Source: Candidatus Limnocylindrales bacterium
GTDB lineage: Bacteria; Chloroflexota; Limnocylindria; Limnocylindrales; CSP1-4
Assembly: GCA_036558545.1 (NCBI GenBank)
Contig: DATBFJ010000029.1
Coordinates: 6,221-70,220, forward strand
DNA: 64,000 nucleotides
Reading direction: 5' to 3'
The first letter of the stretch is position 1. Each line of letters opens with the position of its first letter. The position numbers and the translations under genes are program-made. The notes beneath the pieces are model-generated. The model was given only the letters and a program-made list of their open reading frames with translations, was not told where the DNA came from and made no database searches. Positions 15,538 to 25,790 of the stretch are shown here, piece after piece.

Positions 15538-15807
15538 ATGCCTCCCAGCCGAACGAGCAAGAAGCGCTCGGACGAGTATCGCGACCGACGCCGCCGCAAG
15601 GTGTGCGCCTTCTGTGCCGATAAAACGGTGCAGATCGACTACAAGGAGATCAACCGCCTGCGCCGCTACCTGAGCGAGCGGGCGAAGATCGAGCCGCGTC
15701 GCAAGACCGGCACCTGCGCTGAGCACCAGCGCCAGCTGGCCGTCGCGCTCAAGCGCGCGCGCCACGTTGCGCTGCTGCCCTACGCGCCGGAGCACCTTCG
15801 CGCCTGA
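15538..15807 (+). CDS. rpsR: 30S ribosomal protein S18
   Basis: [48 protein letters not shown]. Confidence 0.93.
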   Translation: MPPSRTSKKRSDEYRDRRRRKVCAFCADKTVQIDYKEINRLRRYLSERAKIEPRRKTGTCAEHQRQLAVALKRARHVALLPYAPEHLRA

Positions 15808-15853
15808 TCGGCGCGATGACCTCTCAGCACACCGCGGACGACCGTAGGCGCTG

Positions 15854-16909
15854 ATGGAGCTGCTCGAGCTCGTTATCGCACTCGCGGTCATCCTGATCGC
15901 GGCCGAGCTCTTCACAAACGGCATCGAATGGTTCGGGCACAAGCTCAACCTGGCCGAGGGCGTCGTCGGCAGCGTCCTGGCAGCGGTTGGCACGGCCCTG
16001 CCGGAGACGATGATCCCGCTCGTGGCGATCCTGTTCGCGGGCTCGCAAAGCGACGCGGCGCACGAGATAGGCGTCGGCGCCATCCTGGGTGCACCGTTCA
16101 TGCTGTCGACGCTGGCCATGTTCGTGACTGGCGTCGGGGTGATCGGCTACGCCCGGCGCCGCTCGACGGGACAGGAGATGAAGGTCGACACCCGCGTGCT
16201 TGGCCTGGATATCCGTTATTTCTTCGTCGCCTATGCGATCGCCGTGGGTGCCGCGTTCGTACCGGCGGACCTCTCGTTCCTGCGCTACGGGGCGGTCATC
16301 GTGCTCATCGCGATCTACGCCTGGTACGTCAAATCGCACTTCGAGTCCGACGTTACGGTGGATGCCACGGACCTCAATCCGCTGCGCTTCCACCGCATCG
16401 ACCGGGCCGCATTTCGCGACGACCCGACGACGCCGCGCCTGCGAGTGATCAACATCCAGGTCCTCGTGGCCCTCGCCTTGATCATCGGCGGCGCCAAGGT
16501 CTTTGTCGACGCCATCGGGACCATCTCGACAGAGGCCGGGCTTGATCCTGCGCTCCTGGCGCTCATCATCGCGCCGATCGCGACGGAGCTGCCCGAGAAA
16601 TTCAACAGCCTGATCTGGGTGCGCCAGAACAAGGACACGCTGGCCATGGGCAACATCACCGGAGCAATGGTCTTTCAGTCGGTCATACCCACATCAATCG
16701 GGATCCTGCTGGCGGCGAGCGCGTGGACCATCTCGCAGGAGACACTCCTGAGCTTCGCGTCGGCAGGCATCGCGTTCGCGTCGACGGCATTCATATTTGT
16801 GCCCATGGTGCGCAGGGGCTCATTGACCGGCAGGCACCTGTTGATCGGTGGCCTGTTCTATCTCGTTTACCTGGTCCTCGTGATAAGCCACTTGGCAGGT
16901 ATGTGGTGA
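15854..16909 (+). CDS. Sodium/calcium exchanger (CaCA family) membrane protein
   Basis: 351 aa polytopic protein. Alpha-repeat-like GTALPET in the N-half and ATELPEK in the C-half. Confidence 0.8.
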   Translation: MELLELVIALAVILIAAELFTNGIEWFGHKLNLAEGVVGSVLAAVGTALPETMIPLVAILFAGSQSDAAHEIGVGAILGAPFMLSTLAMFVTGVGVIGYARRRSTGQEMKVDTRVLGLDIRYFFVAYAIAVGAAFVPADLSFLRYGAVIVLIAIYAWYVKSHFESDVTVDATDLNPLRFHRIDRAAFRDDPTTPRLRVINIQVLVALALIIGGAKVFVDAIGTISTEAGLDPALLALIIAPIATELPEKFNSLIWVRQNKDTLAMGNITGAMVFQSVIPTSIGILLAASAWTISQETLLSFASAGIAFASTAFIFVPMVRRGSLTGRHLLIGGLFYLVYLVLVISHLAGMW

Positions 16910-16937
16910 TCGGTTTGCAACAAACAAACGTTAGTAA

Positions 16938-17954
16938 ATGGCACTTGGAGGCACTGATGCCAGACGTATACTCGCGGTCATGCTGACTCAGAAGCCCGCG
17001 GCCGCGCCACTCGCGGCAAACGGCACGCGTCCCCTTGACGCGAACATCGTCTGCTATTTCGAAGGCGAATTCGTGCCATTGGCGGAGGCGAAGCTTCCGG
17101 TCATGACCCATGGATTCCTCTATGGCACGGCGACCTTCGAAGGTATCCGCGCCTACTGGAATGACGAGCAGGAGCAGCTCTACGGGTTGAAGCTGCTCGA
17201 GCACTACAAGCGCCTGTGGCAGTCGGCCAAGGTGCTCTTGATGAAGCCACCGATGCCGCCCGAGCAGCTCGTTGACCTTACGGTCGACCTGCTCCGGCGC
17301 AACAACTTCCGCCAGGACGCGTACGTCCGCCCGACCCTCTACAAGTCGACCGAGGCGATAGGCGTGCGACTGCACGGGCTTGAGCAGCAGCTGCTGATAT
17401 TTGCGGTGCCCTTTGGTGAGTACATCGCGATCGACCGCGGCATAACTGCCCAGGTCGTCTCGTGGCGGCGCAACAGCGACCAGTCGCTGCCGGCGCGTTC
17501 CAAGATCGTGGGCGCGTACGTGAACAGTGCCTTCTCGAAGACGGAGGCAGTCCTGAACGGCTACGACGAGGCGATCGTGCTGACCATGGACGGGCACGTC
17601 TCGGAAGGGTCAGCCGAGAACTTCTTCATGGTCCGCAACGGCAAGCTCGTTACGCCGCCGATTACGGACGACATCCTCGAAGGGGTGACGCGCTCGGGGC
17701 TCATCCAGCTCGCGCGCGAGGACATGGGCATGGAGACGGTCATCCGCTCCATCGACCGCAGCGAGCTGTACTCGGCAGAGGAAGCATTCCTGTGCGGCAC
17801 GGGCGCGCAGATGTCGCCGATCGTCGAGATCGACCATCGCCCCGTCGGCGACGGGGAAGTCGGGCCGATCACGCGCCGTCTGGCGCAGCTGTACTTCGAC
17901 ACGGTGCGGGGCAAGATGCCGCAGCACAGCAACTGGCTGACCCCCATCTACTGA
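16938..17954 (+). CDS. ilvE: Branched-chain amino acid aminotransferase (class IV)
   Basis: FEGIRAY, SRAKIVGAYVNS-like and EGSAENFF motifs. The true start may be ATG 16980. Confidence 0.88.
   Translation: MALGGTDARRILAVMLTQKPAAAPLAANGTRPLDANIVCYFEGEFVPLAEAKLPVMTHGFLYGTATFEGIRAYWNDEQEQLYGLKLLEHYKRLWQSAKVLLMKPPMPPEQLVDLTVDLLRRNNFRQDAYVRPTLYKSTEAIGVRLHGLEQQLLIFAVPFGEYIAIDRGITAQVVSWRRNSDQSLPARSKIVGAYVNSAFSKTEAVLNGYDEAIVLTMDGHVSEGSAENFFMVRNGKLVTPPITDDILEGVTRSGLIQLAREDMGMETVIRSIDRSELYSAEEAFLCGTGAQMSPIVEIDHRPVGDGEVGPITRRLAQLYFDTVRGKMPQHSNWLTPIY
16967..16972 (+). promoter_or_regulatory. -10-like box TATACT, 7 nt upstream of in-frame ATG 16980 of ilvE
   Basis: TTGGAG (16945-16950), N16, TATACT, cgcggtc, then ATG. 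Confidence 0.35.
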
Positions 17955-18040
17955 TCCGGTAACCGCCGCGGAGTGGCGCCGCACGGCTCGGTTCAGCGCA
18001 CGCGGTTGCTGACGGCCTAAATCGGTATTCTTGACGGCCC

Positions 18041-21000
18041 ATGGTCGTCGAGTCGCGGGCGGACAGCCCGTTTCAACCTGTACCCCGGCAGCTGGATCTG
18101 CCGGCGCTAGAGCACGCGATTCTCGATCAGTGGGCGGAGCGGAAGACGTTTGCCCGATTGCGCGCGCAGAACGCCGGCAACGAGCGCTGGTCGTTCCTCG
18201 ATGGACCCATCACCGCCAACAACCCGATGGGTGTGCACCACGCCTGGGGCCGCACGTACAAGGACCTATATCAGCGCTTTCACGCCATGCTCGGCCAGGA
18301 CCAGCGCTTCCAGAACGGTTTCGACTGCCAGGGTCTGTGGGTCGAGGTCAACGTCGAGCGTGAGCTGGGTTATACGAGCAAGCGCGACATCGAGGCGAAC
18401 GGCATCGCCAGCTTCGTCAACCTGTGCAAGCAGCGCGTGCTGACCTACGCCGCGTTACAGACCGAGCAATCCGTCCGCCTGGGCATGTGGATGGACTGGA
18501 ATGACCCCGATGAGTTGCGTCGGCTGCGCGACCTGCTTGCCGAGGACCCGCAGCAGCAGGCCACTATCGCCGGACCGGACGGGCCTGTAACGGACACGGT
18601 CGAGATGCTCGTCGGCCGGCTGGGCATGCCCGAGATCGGCGGCTCGTACTTCACCTTCAGCAACGAGAACAACGACCTGATCTGGGGCTTCCTGGCCGAA
18701 TGTCACCGGCGCGGTTGGCTGTACAAGGGCCACGACTCGATGCCGTGGTGCACCCGTTGTGGCACCGGCATCAGCCAGATGGAGATGAACGAGGGTTATC
18801 AGGACCGCGAGGACCCGGGCCTGACCGTCCGTTTTCCATTGGTCGACAGGCCAGGGGAGTGGCTGCTCGTCTGGACGACAACGCCGTGGACGCTGTCGGC
18901 CAACGTCGCCGCGGCCGTTGGGCCGGAACTGACGTACGCCAGGGTGCGCCAGGGTGATGACATCTACTGGCTGGGCAAGGGCGTGCTCAAGACGGCTCTG
19001 CGCGGCAAGTTCGAAGTCATGGAGGAGAAAAAGGGCAGCGAGCTCGTTGGCTGGCGGTACCGCGGCCCGTTCGACGAGCTCCAGGCCGTTCAGGACGCTT
19101 TCGGCGCCGCTGGTTATGAACACCGGGTCGTGCCGTGGGACGAGGTAGGCGAGGAAGAGGGCACCGGCATCGTGCACATCGCGCCCGGTTGTGGCGCCGA
19201 GGACTACCAGCTGGGCAAGTCCCTTGGCCTGCCCGTCGTCGCACCGCTCAATGAGGACGGCCACTACCTCGCAGGCTTTGGCTGGTTGACCGGCCTCGAT
19301 GCGCATGCGGTCGCGGAACGTGTCGTCGAGGATCTCGAGCAGAAGGGCAACTTCTACCACCTCGAGCCGTACTCGCACCGCTATCCACACTGCTGGCGCT
19401 GCGGCACTCCATTGCTGTTCCGCGTCGTCGACGAGTGGTACATCTCGATGGGCGAGGTGTACGACAAGCCGCGCGAGCAGGTCACTGCCGACGAGAAGAA
19501 CCGCAGCCTGCGCTACCAGATCATGGATGTCGTCGACCAGATTCGCTGGATCCCCGCCTTTGGCTACGACCGCGAGATCGACTGGCTGCGCACCATGGCC
19601 GACTGGATGATCTCCAAGAAGCGCTACTGGGGTCTGGCGCTGCCGATCTGGGAATGCGCGTCGTGCCAGGAGTTTGACGTTATCAGCAGCCGCGACGAGC
19701 TCAAGCAGCGTGCGGTCGAGGGATGGGATCTGTTCGAGGGCCACACGCCCCACAGGCCGTATGTGGACGCGGTGAAGGTGGCCTGCTCGTCATGCGGCGG
19801 TGAGATGACGCGCATCGCGGATGTCGGCAATCCCTGGCTCGACGCGGGCATCGTCCCGTTCTCGACGATGCACTACCGGACCGAGCCGGACTACTGGCGG
19901 CAGTGGTTTCCGGCCGACTTCGTGACCGAATCCTTCCCCGGCCAGTTCCGCAACTGGTTCTACTCGATGCTGGCGATGAGCACAGTCCTGCGCCGCGAGC
20001 CGCCGTTCAAAGCGTTGATGGGCTACGCGACGTTGTACGGCGACGACGGCCGGCCGATGCACAAGAGCTGGGGCAACGCTGTCGAGTTCAACGAAGGTGC
20101 GGAACGCATCGGGGTCGACGTGATGCGCTGGATGTTTGCCGGGCAGCGCCTCGACGACAACATCCTGTTCGGCTACCGGACCGCGGACGAGGCGCGTCGC
20201 GAGCTGCTCGTACTGTGGAACGTCTATGTCTTCTTCGTGACGTACGCCAGGCTGGCCGGATGGAAGCCGGAGCGCGGCATCCACTCGGAGATCGAGATGG
20301 CGGATGACTGGCCTCTGCTGGACCGTTGGATCCTGTCACGCGTCGCCGGACTTGCCACGTCCGTCCGGACGCGGCTCGAGGAGTTCGACGCTGCCGGCGC
20401 GGTGAGGCTGGTTGGCACGTTCATCGATGAGCTCTCGACCTGGTACCTGCGCCGGTCACGCGGGAGGATGCGCCTCACCGCGCCGCAAAGCGACCGCAAT
20501 GCCGCGTTCTCGACGCTCCACGCGACGTTGATCGCCCTCAGCCGGGTGCTGGCGCCGATCCTGCCGTTCCTGTCCGAGTCGATGTACCAGAACCTCGTCG
20601 CAGGAACCATGCCGCAACTGCCCGACAGCGTTCATCTGACGAGCTGGCCGGACGACATCATGGCGCAACATCGCGACCAGAAGCTGGAAGCGGCGATGGA
20701 TTACATCGTGCGCGCAGTCGACCTGGGGCGGACGCTCCGCTCGCAGGCCGGTCTGAATCTGCGCCAACCAATCCGCCACGTCTGGGTGGCGCTGCCGGCC
20801 GGCGCGGCCGTGGACGAGGAACTGCTGGCAAGTTTGGGTGAGGACGACCTGCTCAACGCCAAGTCGATCGAGCGAATAGCCGGCGATTCGGATCTCATCG
20901 AGCGCCGCGTCAAGCCGCTGCTGCCCAAGATCGGCCAGCGCCTCGGCCCTCAGACGCAGGCAGTTTTGGCGGCGGCGCGCAACAACGAAGTCGAGTATCT

Positions 21001-21415
21001 GTCGTCAGGTGCCGTGCGCCTTGCCGGCGTGGAGCTGGCCGCGGACGAAGTCGAGTTGATCGCAACGCCGCGTGCGGGCACTGCCATCGCGCATGATCAA
21101 GGCCTGGTCGTGGCGATCGATACGGAGCTCGACGATGAGTTGCGCGCTGAAGGCGACGCGCGCGAGCTGACGCGCGCGGTCCAGGATCTGCGCAAGCAGG
21201 CAGGGCTGGAGCTGGACGACACCATCGAGCTCTGGCTATCGGCGCCCTCCGACGTGCTCGCGCCACTGCACCCTTATTTGGCGCGCGTCGCCGCGGACAC
21301 GCTTGCTGACAACCTGGCGCATGACGAGGCACCCTCGGACGCCCTCCACGCCACTCAGTCGATCGGCGGCGGGGACGTCGTGATCTCGCTGCGACGCATC
21401 GAGACCGCACCTTGA
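18041..21415 (+). CDS. ileS: Isoleucine--tRNA ligase (long type-2-like form with divergent signature motifs)
   Basis: 1124 aa. N-terminus resembles actinobacterial-type IleRS (VPRQLDLPALEHAILDQW...GPITANNPMGVHH). DWMISKKRYWG motif present. Followed by lspA, the conserved ileS-lspA pair. Confidence 0.85.
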   Translation: MVVESRADSPFQPVPRQLDLPALEHAILDQWAERKTFARLRAQNAGNERWSFLDGPITANNPMGVHHAWGRTYKDLYQRFHAMLGQDQRFQNGFDCQGLWVEVNVERELGYTSKRDIEANGIASFVNLCKQRVLTYAALQTEQSVRLGMWMDWNDPDELRRLRDLLAEDPQQQATIAGPDGPVTDTVEMLVGRLGMPEIGGSYFTFSNENNDLIWGFLAECHRRGWLYKGHDSMPWCTRCGTGISQMEMNEGYQDREDPGLTVRFPLVDRPGEWLLVWTTTPWTLSANVAAAVGPELTYARVRQGDDIYWLGKGVLKTALRGKFEVMEEKKGSELVGWRYRGPFDELQAVQDAFGAAGYEHRVVPWDEVGEEEGTGIVHIAPGCGAEDYQLGKSLGLPVVAPLNEDGHYLAGFGWLTGLDAHAVAERVVEDLEQKGNFYHLEPYSHRYPHCWRCGTPLLFRVVDEWYISMGEVYDKPREQVTADEKNRSLRYQIMDVVDQIRWIPAFGYDREIDWLRTMADWMISKKRYWGLALPIWECASCQEFDVISSRDELKQRAVEGWDLFEGHTPHRPYVDAVKVACSSCGGEMTRIADVGNPWLDAGIVPFSTMHYRTEPDYWRQWFPADFVTESFPGQFRNWFYSMLAMSTVLRREPPFKALMGYATLYGDDGRPMHKSWGNAVEFNEGAERIGVDVMRWMFAGQRLDDNILFGYRTADEARRELLVLWNVYVFFVTYARLAGWKPERGIHSEIEMADDWPLLDRWILSRVAGLATSVRTRLEEFDAAGAVRLVGTFIDELSTWYLRRSRGRMRLTAPQSDRNAAFSTLHATLIALSRVLAPILPFLSESMYQNLVAGTMPQLPDSVHLTSWPDDIMAQHRDQKLEAAMDYIVRAVDLGRTLRSQAGLNLRQPIRHVWVALPAGAAVDEELLASLGEDDLLNAKSIERIAGDSDLIERRVKPLLPKIGQRLGPQTQAVLAAARNNEVEYLSSGAVRLAGVELAADEVELIATPRAGTAIAHDQGLVVAIDTELDDELRAEGDARELTRAVQDLRKQAGLELDDTIELWLSAPSDVLAPLHPYLARVAADTLADNLAHDEAPSDALHATQSIGGGDVVISLRRIETAP

Positions 21416-21963
21416 AGCGGCTCGCGGACAAGCGCTGGCATTGGCTGGCGTTCGGCGTGATCGCCATCGCAGTCATAGTCGTTGACCAGCTTTCCAAGGC
21501 ATTCATCGATGCCAACTTCGAGCTTGCATCGGTACATCCGCTGCCGGGCGGCACAGCGCCAACCAACGTAATCGGCGATCTCGTGCGCATCGCCAAGTCG
21601 TACAACGACGGGGGCATCTTTGGTCTGTTCGGAAATTCGGCCGTCATCCTGGCAATCTCGAGCCTCGCGGTGATCGGCTTGATCGTGGTCTACGAGTGGC
21701 GCGAGGGCGGGCGCTCCTGGCTGCTCACGCTCGCGCTGGGTCTGCTGCTCGGCGGCGCCATCGGCAACTTCATCGATCGCATCCGCTTCGGCTGGGTCAT
21801 CGATTTCGTCGACATGGGCATTGGCGACAAGCGGTTCTTCACGTTCAACGTCGCCGACTCGGCGATCAGCATCGCGCTGCTGTTGCTGATCATCCTTGCG
21901 CTCTTCCATGAGCGCCTGACGCGAGGCCGTCACAGCCCGGCGCAAGAGGCCAGTCACTCCTGA
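21412..21963 (+). CDS. lspA: Lipoprotein signal peptidase (signal peptidase II)
   Basis: Four TM helices, NxGxxFG-like YNDGGIFGLFG and FNVADSAISIA motifs. 4-nt overlap with ileS. Confidence 0.9.
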   Translation: MKRLADKRWHWLAFGVIAIAVIVVDQLSKAFIDANFELASVHPLPGGTAPTNVIGDLVRIAKSYNDGGIFGLFGNSAVILAISSLAVIGLIVVYEWREGGRSWLLTLALGLLLGGAIGNFIDRIRFGWVIDFVDMGIGDKRFFTFNVADSAISIALLLLIILALFHERLTRGRHSPAQEASHS

Positions 21964-22892
21964 TGGCCGAGCGCGTCTCGGTGGTCGTGCCGGCAACCGA
22001 TCGACCCAGGCGCGCTGACCAGGTCGTCGCGGATGCTGTCGGACTGTCCCGGTCGTATGTCCAGCGACTGATCGAGGACGGCCGCTTGACGCTCCACGGC
22101 CAGCCGATCAAGAGCAACACCGTGCTCGCCGCGGGTACCAGCCTCGAGTTGGACATACCCGAAAGGCCGACACAGAAGATTGAGGCGGAGGAGATCCCGC
22201 TCCGCGTCGTCTACGAGGACAGTGACGTCCTGATCATCGACAAGCCAGCCGGGTTGGTGACCCATCCTGCCCCTGGTCAAACGAGCGGCACGCTGGTGAA
22301 CGCGCTTCTCGCGCGCGGCGGCATCGAGGCCTACGGCACGGTCGCGGGTGAGGACCGGCCGGGCATCGTCCATCGCCTCGACCGCGATACGTCAGGCCTG
22401 ATCGTGGTCGCTCGCAACGACAAGGCGCAATCGGCCTTGATGGCACAGCTCAAGGCTCGCCGTGTCAAGAAGACGTACCTCGCGCTGGCGCACGGCGCGA
22501 TGCCCGCAGAGAACGGCCGCATCGAGGCCCCCATTGGGCGAGACCCGCGACACTATTCGCGCATGGCCGTTATCCCAGACGGTAAGCCGGCAACGACCGG
22601 CTACCGCGTTCGCGAGCGTTTCCCGGGCTGGTCGTTGCTCGAGGTCGACTTGATGACCGGCCGAACCCATCAGATCCGCGTACATCTCGCGTCGATCGGT
22701 CATGCCGTGGCGGGCGATTCGGTGTACGCCACCGGGGTAGCTCGCCAGGGTCCCCCGGGACTTGATCGAATGTTCCTCCATTCGTGGCGCATCGAGTTCG
22801 CGGCAGTAGAAGGCGACGGGATCATCCGCGCCGAGGCGCCACTGCCGCACGAGCTTGAGGACGTGCTTCAAACGATGCGCGACAGCAAATGA
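21963..22892 (+). CDS. rluD: RluA/RluD-family 23S rRNA pseudouridine synthase
   Basis: N-terminal S4 domain, catalytic HRLDRDTSGL, and HQIRVH motif. Confidence 0.9.
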   Translation: MAERVSVVVPATDRPRRADQVVADAVGLSRSYVQRLIEDGRLTLHGQPIKSNTVLAAGTSLELDIPERPTQKIEAEEIPLRVVYEDSDVLIIDKPAGLVTHPAPGQTSGTLVNALLARGGIEAYGTVAGEDRPGIVHRLDRDTSGLIVVARNDKAQSALMAQLKARRVKKTYLALAHGAMPAENGRIEAPIGRDPRHYSRMAVIPDGKPATTGYRVRERFPGWSLLEVDLMTGRTHQIRVHLASIGHAVAGDSVYATGVARQGPPGLDRMFLHSWRIEFAAVEGDGIIRAEAPLPHELEDVLQTMRDSK

Positions 22893-23515
22893 AGCCGAAC
22901 GTTTCGGTGCTCATCTCGGGACCTTCGCGAACGGGCAAGACGACGGCCGCCGAATTGCTGGCCGAGCGCTACGGCATCCCGAACATCAAGATCGGCGAGG
23001 AGTTCCGCCGCACGTATGGCATTCATACGTCGCACCACGTTGAACGCGATCCGGCTTTCGACAAGAAGATGGACGACTTTCAGGCCGACAAGATCCGCAC
23101 AGCGACCCCGGGTCAGCCGTTCATCCTGGAAGGTCGATTGGCCGCCTTCCTGGCCAGCGTCGAGCGGGCAAAGCAGCCGCTGCCTGTCGTGACGGTTCTC
23201 TTCTGGGCACCCGAAGAGGAGCGCATGGAGCGTCAGCTGCGCAAGGTCAAGCGCGATCATCCCGACTCGACCGTGACGCTCAAGGAGCTGCTCGAGGGCG
23301 AACGCCAGCGCGAGGCCTACGACCTGGCACAGTGGAAGCACGTTCACCCAGAGATCGACGACAAGAACGTGTTCGACCCGGATCTGACCGATGAGCAGGG
23401 TTCGCCTGTCTACGACCTGGTGGTCGACACTCGGGTCGGCATGCCAGGCGTCGTCGCCGACGTCGTTCACGACTGGCTGGTTCAGCGAGGAGCGTTCGAC
23501 AACGACCCTGCTTAG
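22889..23515 (+). CDS. P-loop nucleotide kinase-like protein (cytidylate kinase-like family)
   Basis: Walker A ISGPSRTGKTT followed by AELLAERYGIPNIKIGEEFR. ATGA overlap with rluD. Specificity not determinable. Confidence 0.5.
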   Translation: MKPNVSVLISGPSRTGKTTAAELLAERYGIPNIKIGEEFRRTYGIHTSHHVERDPAFDKKMDDFQADKIRTATPGQPFILEGRLAAFLASVERAKQPLPVVTVLFWAPEEERMERQLRKVKRDHPDSTVTLKELLEGERQREAYDLAQWKHVHPEIDDKNVFDPDLTDEQGSPVYDLVVDTRVGMPGVVADVVHDWLVQRGAFDNDPA

Positions 23516-23522
23516 CCCGGCC

Positions 23523-25790
23523 GTGACGGCCGTCGAGGTTGCCGTGGACGCCGCCGGACCGCGCGGCGGGCAAACGTTCACGTACTCGGTGCCCGAGGCT
23601 CTGGGTACCGTGACGCCAGGCGAAGCGGTGCTGGTCGAGTACGGACGTCGCCGCGCGCTGGGAGTCGTGGTGGCGGCGACACAGGAAGCGCCCGACCGTG
23701 AGATCAAGCCGATTCTCGCGCGGGTGCGCTCAGACGGACCGCTTCTGGCTCCGCTCCAGCTCGAGCTCGCTCGGTTCATTGCGACGCACTACCTGGCACC
23801 GCCGGCGATGGTCATGCGCGCGATGCTGGCGCCCGGGATGCTCGAGCGCGTGGAGCGCGTCACGCGCCAGGCCGACGGCCGGGTTGACACGGAATGGATC
23901 GTCCGGCCGCCCGAGGCACGCGAGAAGTTGGAGCGGCGCGTTCGTCTCACGGATGCGGGCCGCTCACTTGCGTCGGGCGCCATCAACGGCGATCGCCTTG
24001 GGCCACGCCAGCGCGCCCTGATATCCGAGCTTGCTCAACAGACCGACTCCGCTTCGGCCGCTGAGCTCGCCTCTCGCCACGGGACAAGCGCGATCCCCGG
24101 CCTCTCGAAGCGCGGCCTCATCGAGATCGAGACGGTACGGGTCGAGCGACGGCCGCTGGAAGGGCGCGCCTGGCCGGAGCGTGGCTCTCGACCGGAGGAC
24201 TCAGCCGCCACGGGCCCTCAGCGACTCGCGGTCGATCGCATCGTCGAACTGGTCGCAACGCACCGGCACGAGACGATCCTGCTCGAGGGAACCACGGCGA
24301 GCGGCAAGACGAGCGTTTACACAGAAGCGATCAGGGCTGCTCTGGCGCAGGGCAGGGGAGCGCTCGTGCTGGTGCCGGAGATCGCGCTGGCCGTTCCACT
24401 GCTCGACAGGCTGCGCTTTGATCTCAACGTCGAGGTGGCCCTACTTCACAGCGCGCTGGGCGACGGCGAGCGGGCCGACGAGTGGCGCCGCATCCGCGGC
24501 GGCGAAGCACGCGTTGTCGTGGGCACGCGCATCGCGGCGCTCGCGCCAATCGCCGATCCGGGAGTGGTGATCGTCGACGAGGAGCACGATCCCGCGTACA
24601 AGTCGGACAGGACGCCGCGGTTTCAGGCGCGGGACGTCGCGGTGGAGCTGGGTCGACTCTCAGGCGCGCCAGTCGTCCTCGGTAGCGCCACTCCTGATGT
24701 AGTCACATATGGCCGAGCGCTCAGCGGCGAGTTCGACCGCATCGTGCTTCCGCGGGTCACTGGCGCGCGACCGGATGTCGAGATCGTCGATCTTCGCGCG
24801 GAGCTCGCCGCCGGCAACAAGGGACTCTTGTCCCAGCTCCTGGCGGACGCGATTGGCGCGCTCGACACGAACAACCACGACCAGGCGATTCTCGTCATCA
24901 ATCGCCGCGGCAGCGCCAGTGTCGTCGTCTGCCGCGACTGTGGCTACGTCCAGATTTGTCCCGAGTGCCAGCGGCCGCTCGTCTTCCACGCGAACACGCT
25001 GTCTCTGCGCTGCCATCACTGTGGCGCCACCGCGCCCGTGGCCCGGCAGTGTCCAGCCTGCCAGTCGGTGCGCATCCGTTACCTGGGCGGAGGCACGCAG
25101 CGCGTCGAGCGCGAAGTCCAGATCCGTTTTCCGCATCTGCGCGTCGCTCGCCTGGACCGCGACGTCGTCGAACGCAAAGGCGAGGCGACGCGCGTCATAG
25201 ACCGCTTCGCGTCGGGCGAGGCCGACGTATTGGTAGGCACGGCGCTGGTCGCGAAGGGCCTCGACGTGCCGCAGGTCACGCTCGTCGGGGTGGTCAGCGC
25301 GGATGTTGCGCTCAACTTGCCCGACCAGCGCGCGGCCGAACGCACGTATCAATTGCTGGTGCAGGCGATCGGCCGCGCGGGCCGTGGCAGCAAGCCAGGC
25401 ACGGCCATCATCCAGACCTATATCCCGGATCATCCCGTCATCGCCGCGCTCGGCGACGAGGACGCGAGCGAGTTCTACGGCGCCGAGCTCGCCTCTCGAC
25501 GGCTGTTCAATGCGCCGCCATTCGGAGACGTGATCAAGCTGACAGTCGCGCTCGAAGACCGCGCCGCGGCCGAAAAGAAAGCCGCGGACATGGCGGCGCA
25601 GATGCGCGAACGGGCGGGCGCCCTGGGCGCGAACGTGGAGGTATTGGGGCCACTGCCGGCTTACATCGCACGGCGCGCCGGGCGCTGGCGCTTTCACGTC
25701 GTACTGCGCGGAGCAAGGCCGATCGACCTCCTGGGTGGCGACCCCGGCGCGCCGTGGTCCGTGGACGTCGATCCGGAAAGCCTGCTCTAG
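23523..25790 (+). CDS. priA: Primosomal protein N' (replication restart helicase PriA)
   Basis: Walker A GTTASGKT, DEEHD box, Cys-rich zinc region CRDCGY..CPECQ..CHHCG..CPAC. GTG 23523 chosen because it lies just after the upstream stop. Confidence 0.9.
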   Translation: MTAVEVAVDAAGPRGGQTFTYSVPEALGTVTPGEAVLVEYGRRRALGVVVAATQEAPDREIKPILARVRSDGPLLAPLQLELARFIATHYLAPPAMVMRAMLAPGMLERVERVTRQADGRVDTEWIVRPPEAREKLERRVRLTDAGRSLASGAINGDRLGPRQRALISELAQQTDSASAAELASRHGTSAIPGLSKRGLIEIETVRVERRPLEGRAWPERGSRPEDSAATGPQRLAVDRIVELVATHRHETILLEGTTASGKTSVYTEAIRAALAQGRGALVLVPEIALAVPLLDRLRFDLNVEVALLHSALGDGERADEWRRIRGGEARVVVGTRIAALAPIADPGVVIVDEEHDPAYKSDRTPRFQARDVAVELGRLSGAPVVLGSATPDVVTYGRALSGEFDRIVLPRVTGARPDVEIVDLRAELAAGNKGLLSQLLADAIGALDTNNHDQAILVINRRGSASVVVCRDCGYVQICPECQRPLVFHANTLSLRCHHCGATAPVARQCPACQSVRIRYLGGGTQRVEREVQIRFPHLRVARLDRDVVERKGEATRVIDRFASGEADVLVGTALVAKGLDVPQVTLVGVVSADVALNLPDQRAAERTYQLLVQAIGRAGRGSKPGTAIIQTYIPDHPVIAALGDEDASEFYGAELASRRLFNAPPFGDVIKLTVALEDRAAAEKKAADMAAQMRERAGALGANVEVLGPLPAYIARRAGRWRFHVVLRGARPIDLLGGDPGAPWSVDVDPESLL

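Noticed and set aside
16910-16966. AT-rich stretch with TTGCAA and TAGTAA hexamers between the CaCA gene and ilvE as a canonical sigma-70 promoter.
   Set aside because: Spacing between the two hexamers is only ~11 nt. The TTGGAG-N16-TATACT combination further downstream fits better and is reported instead.
17955-18040. Possible T-box or other leader upstream of ileS.
   Set aside because: The gap is only 86 nt, too short for a T-box riboswitch, and I saw no specifier/antiterminator architecture.
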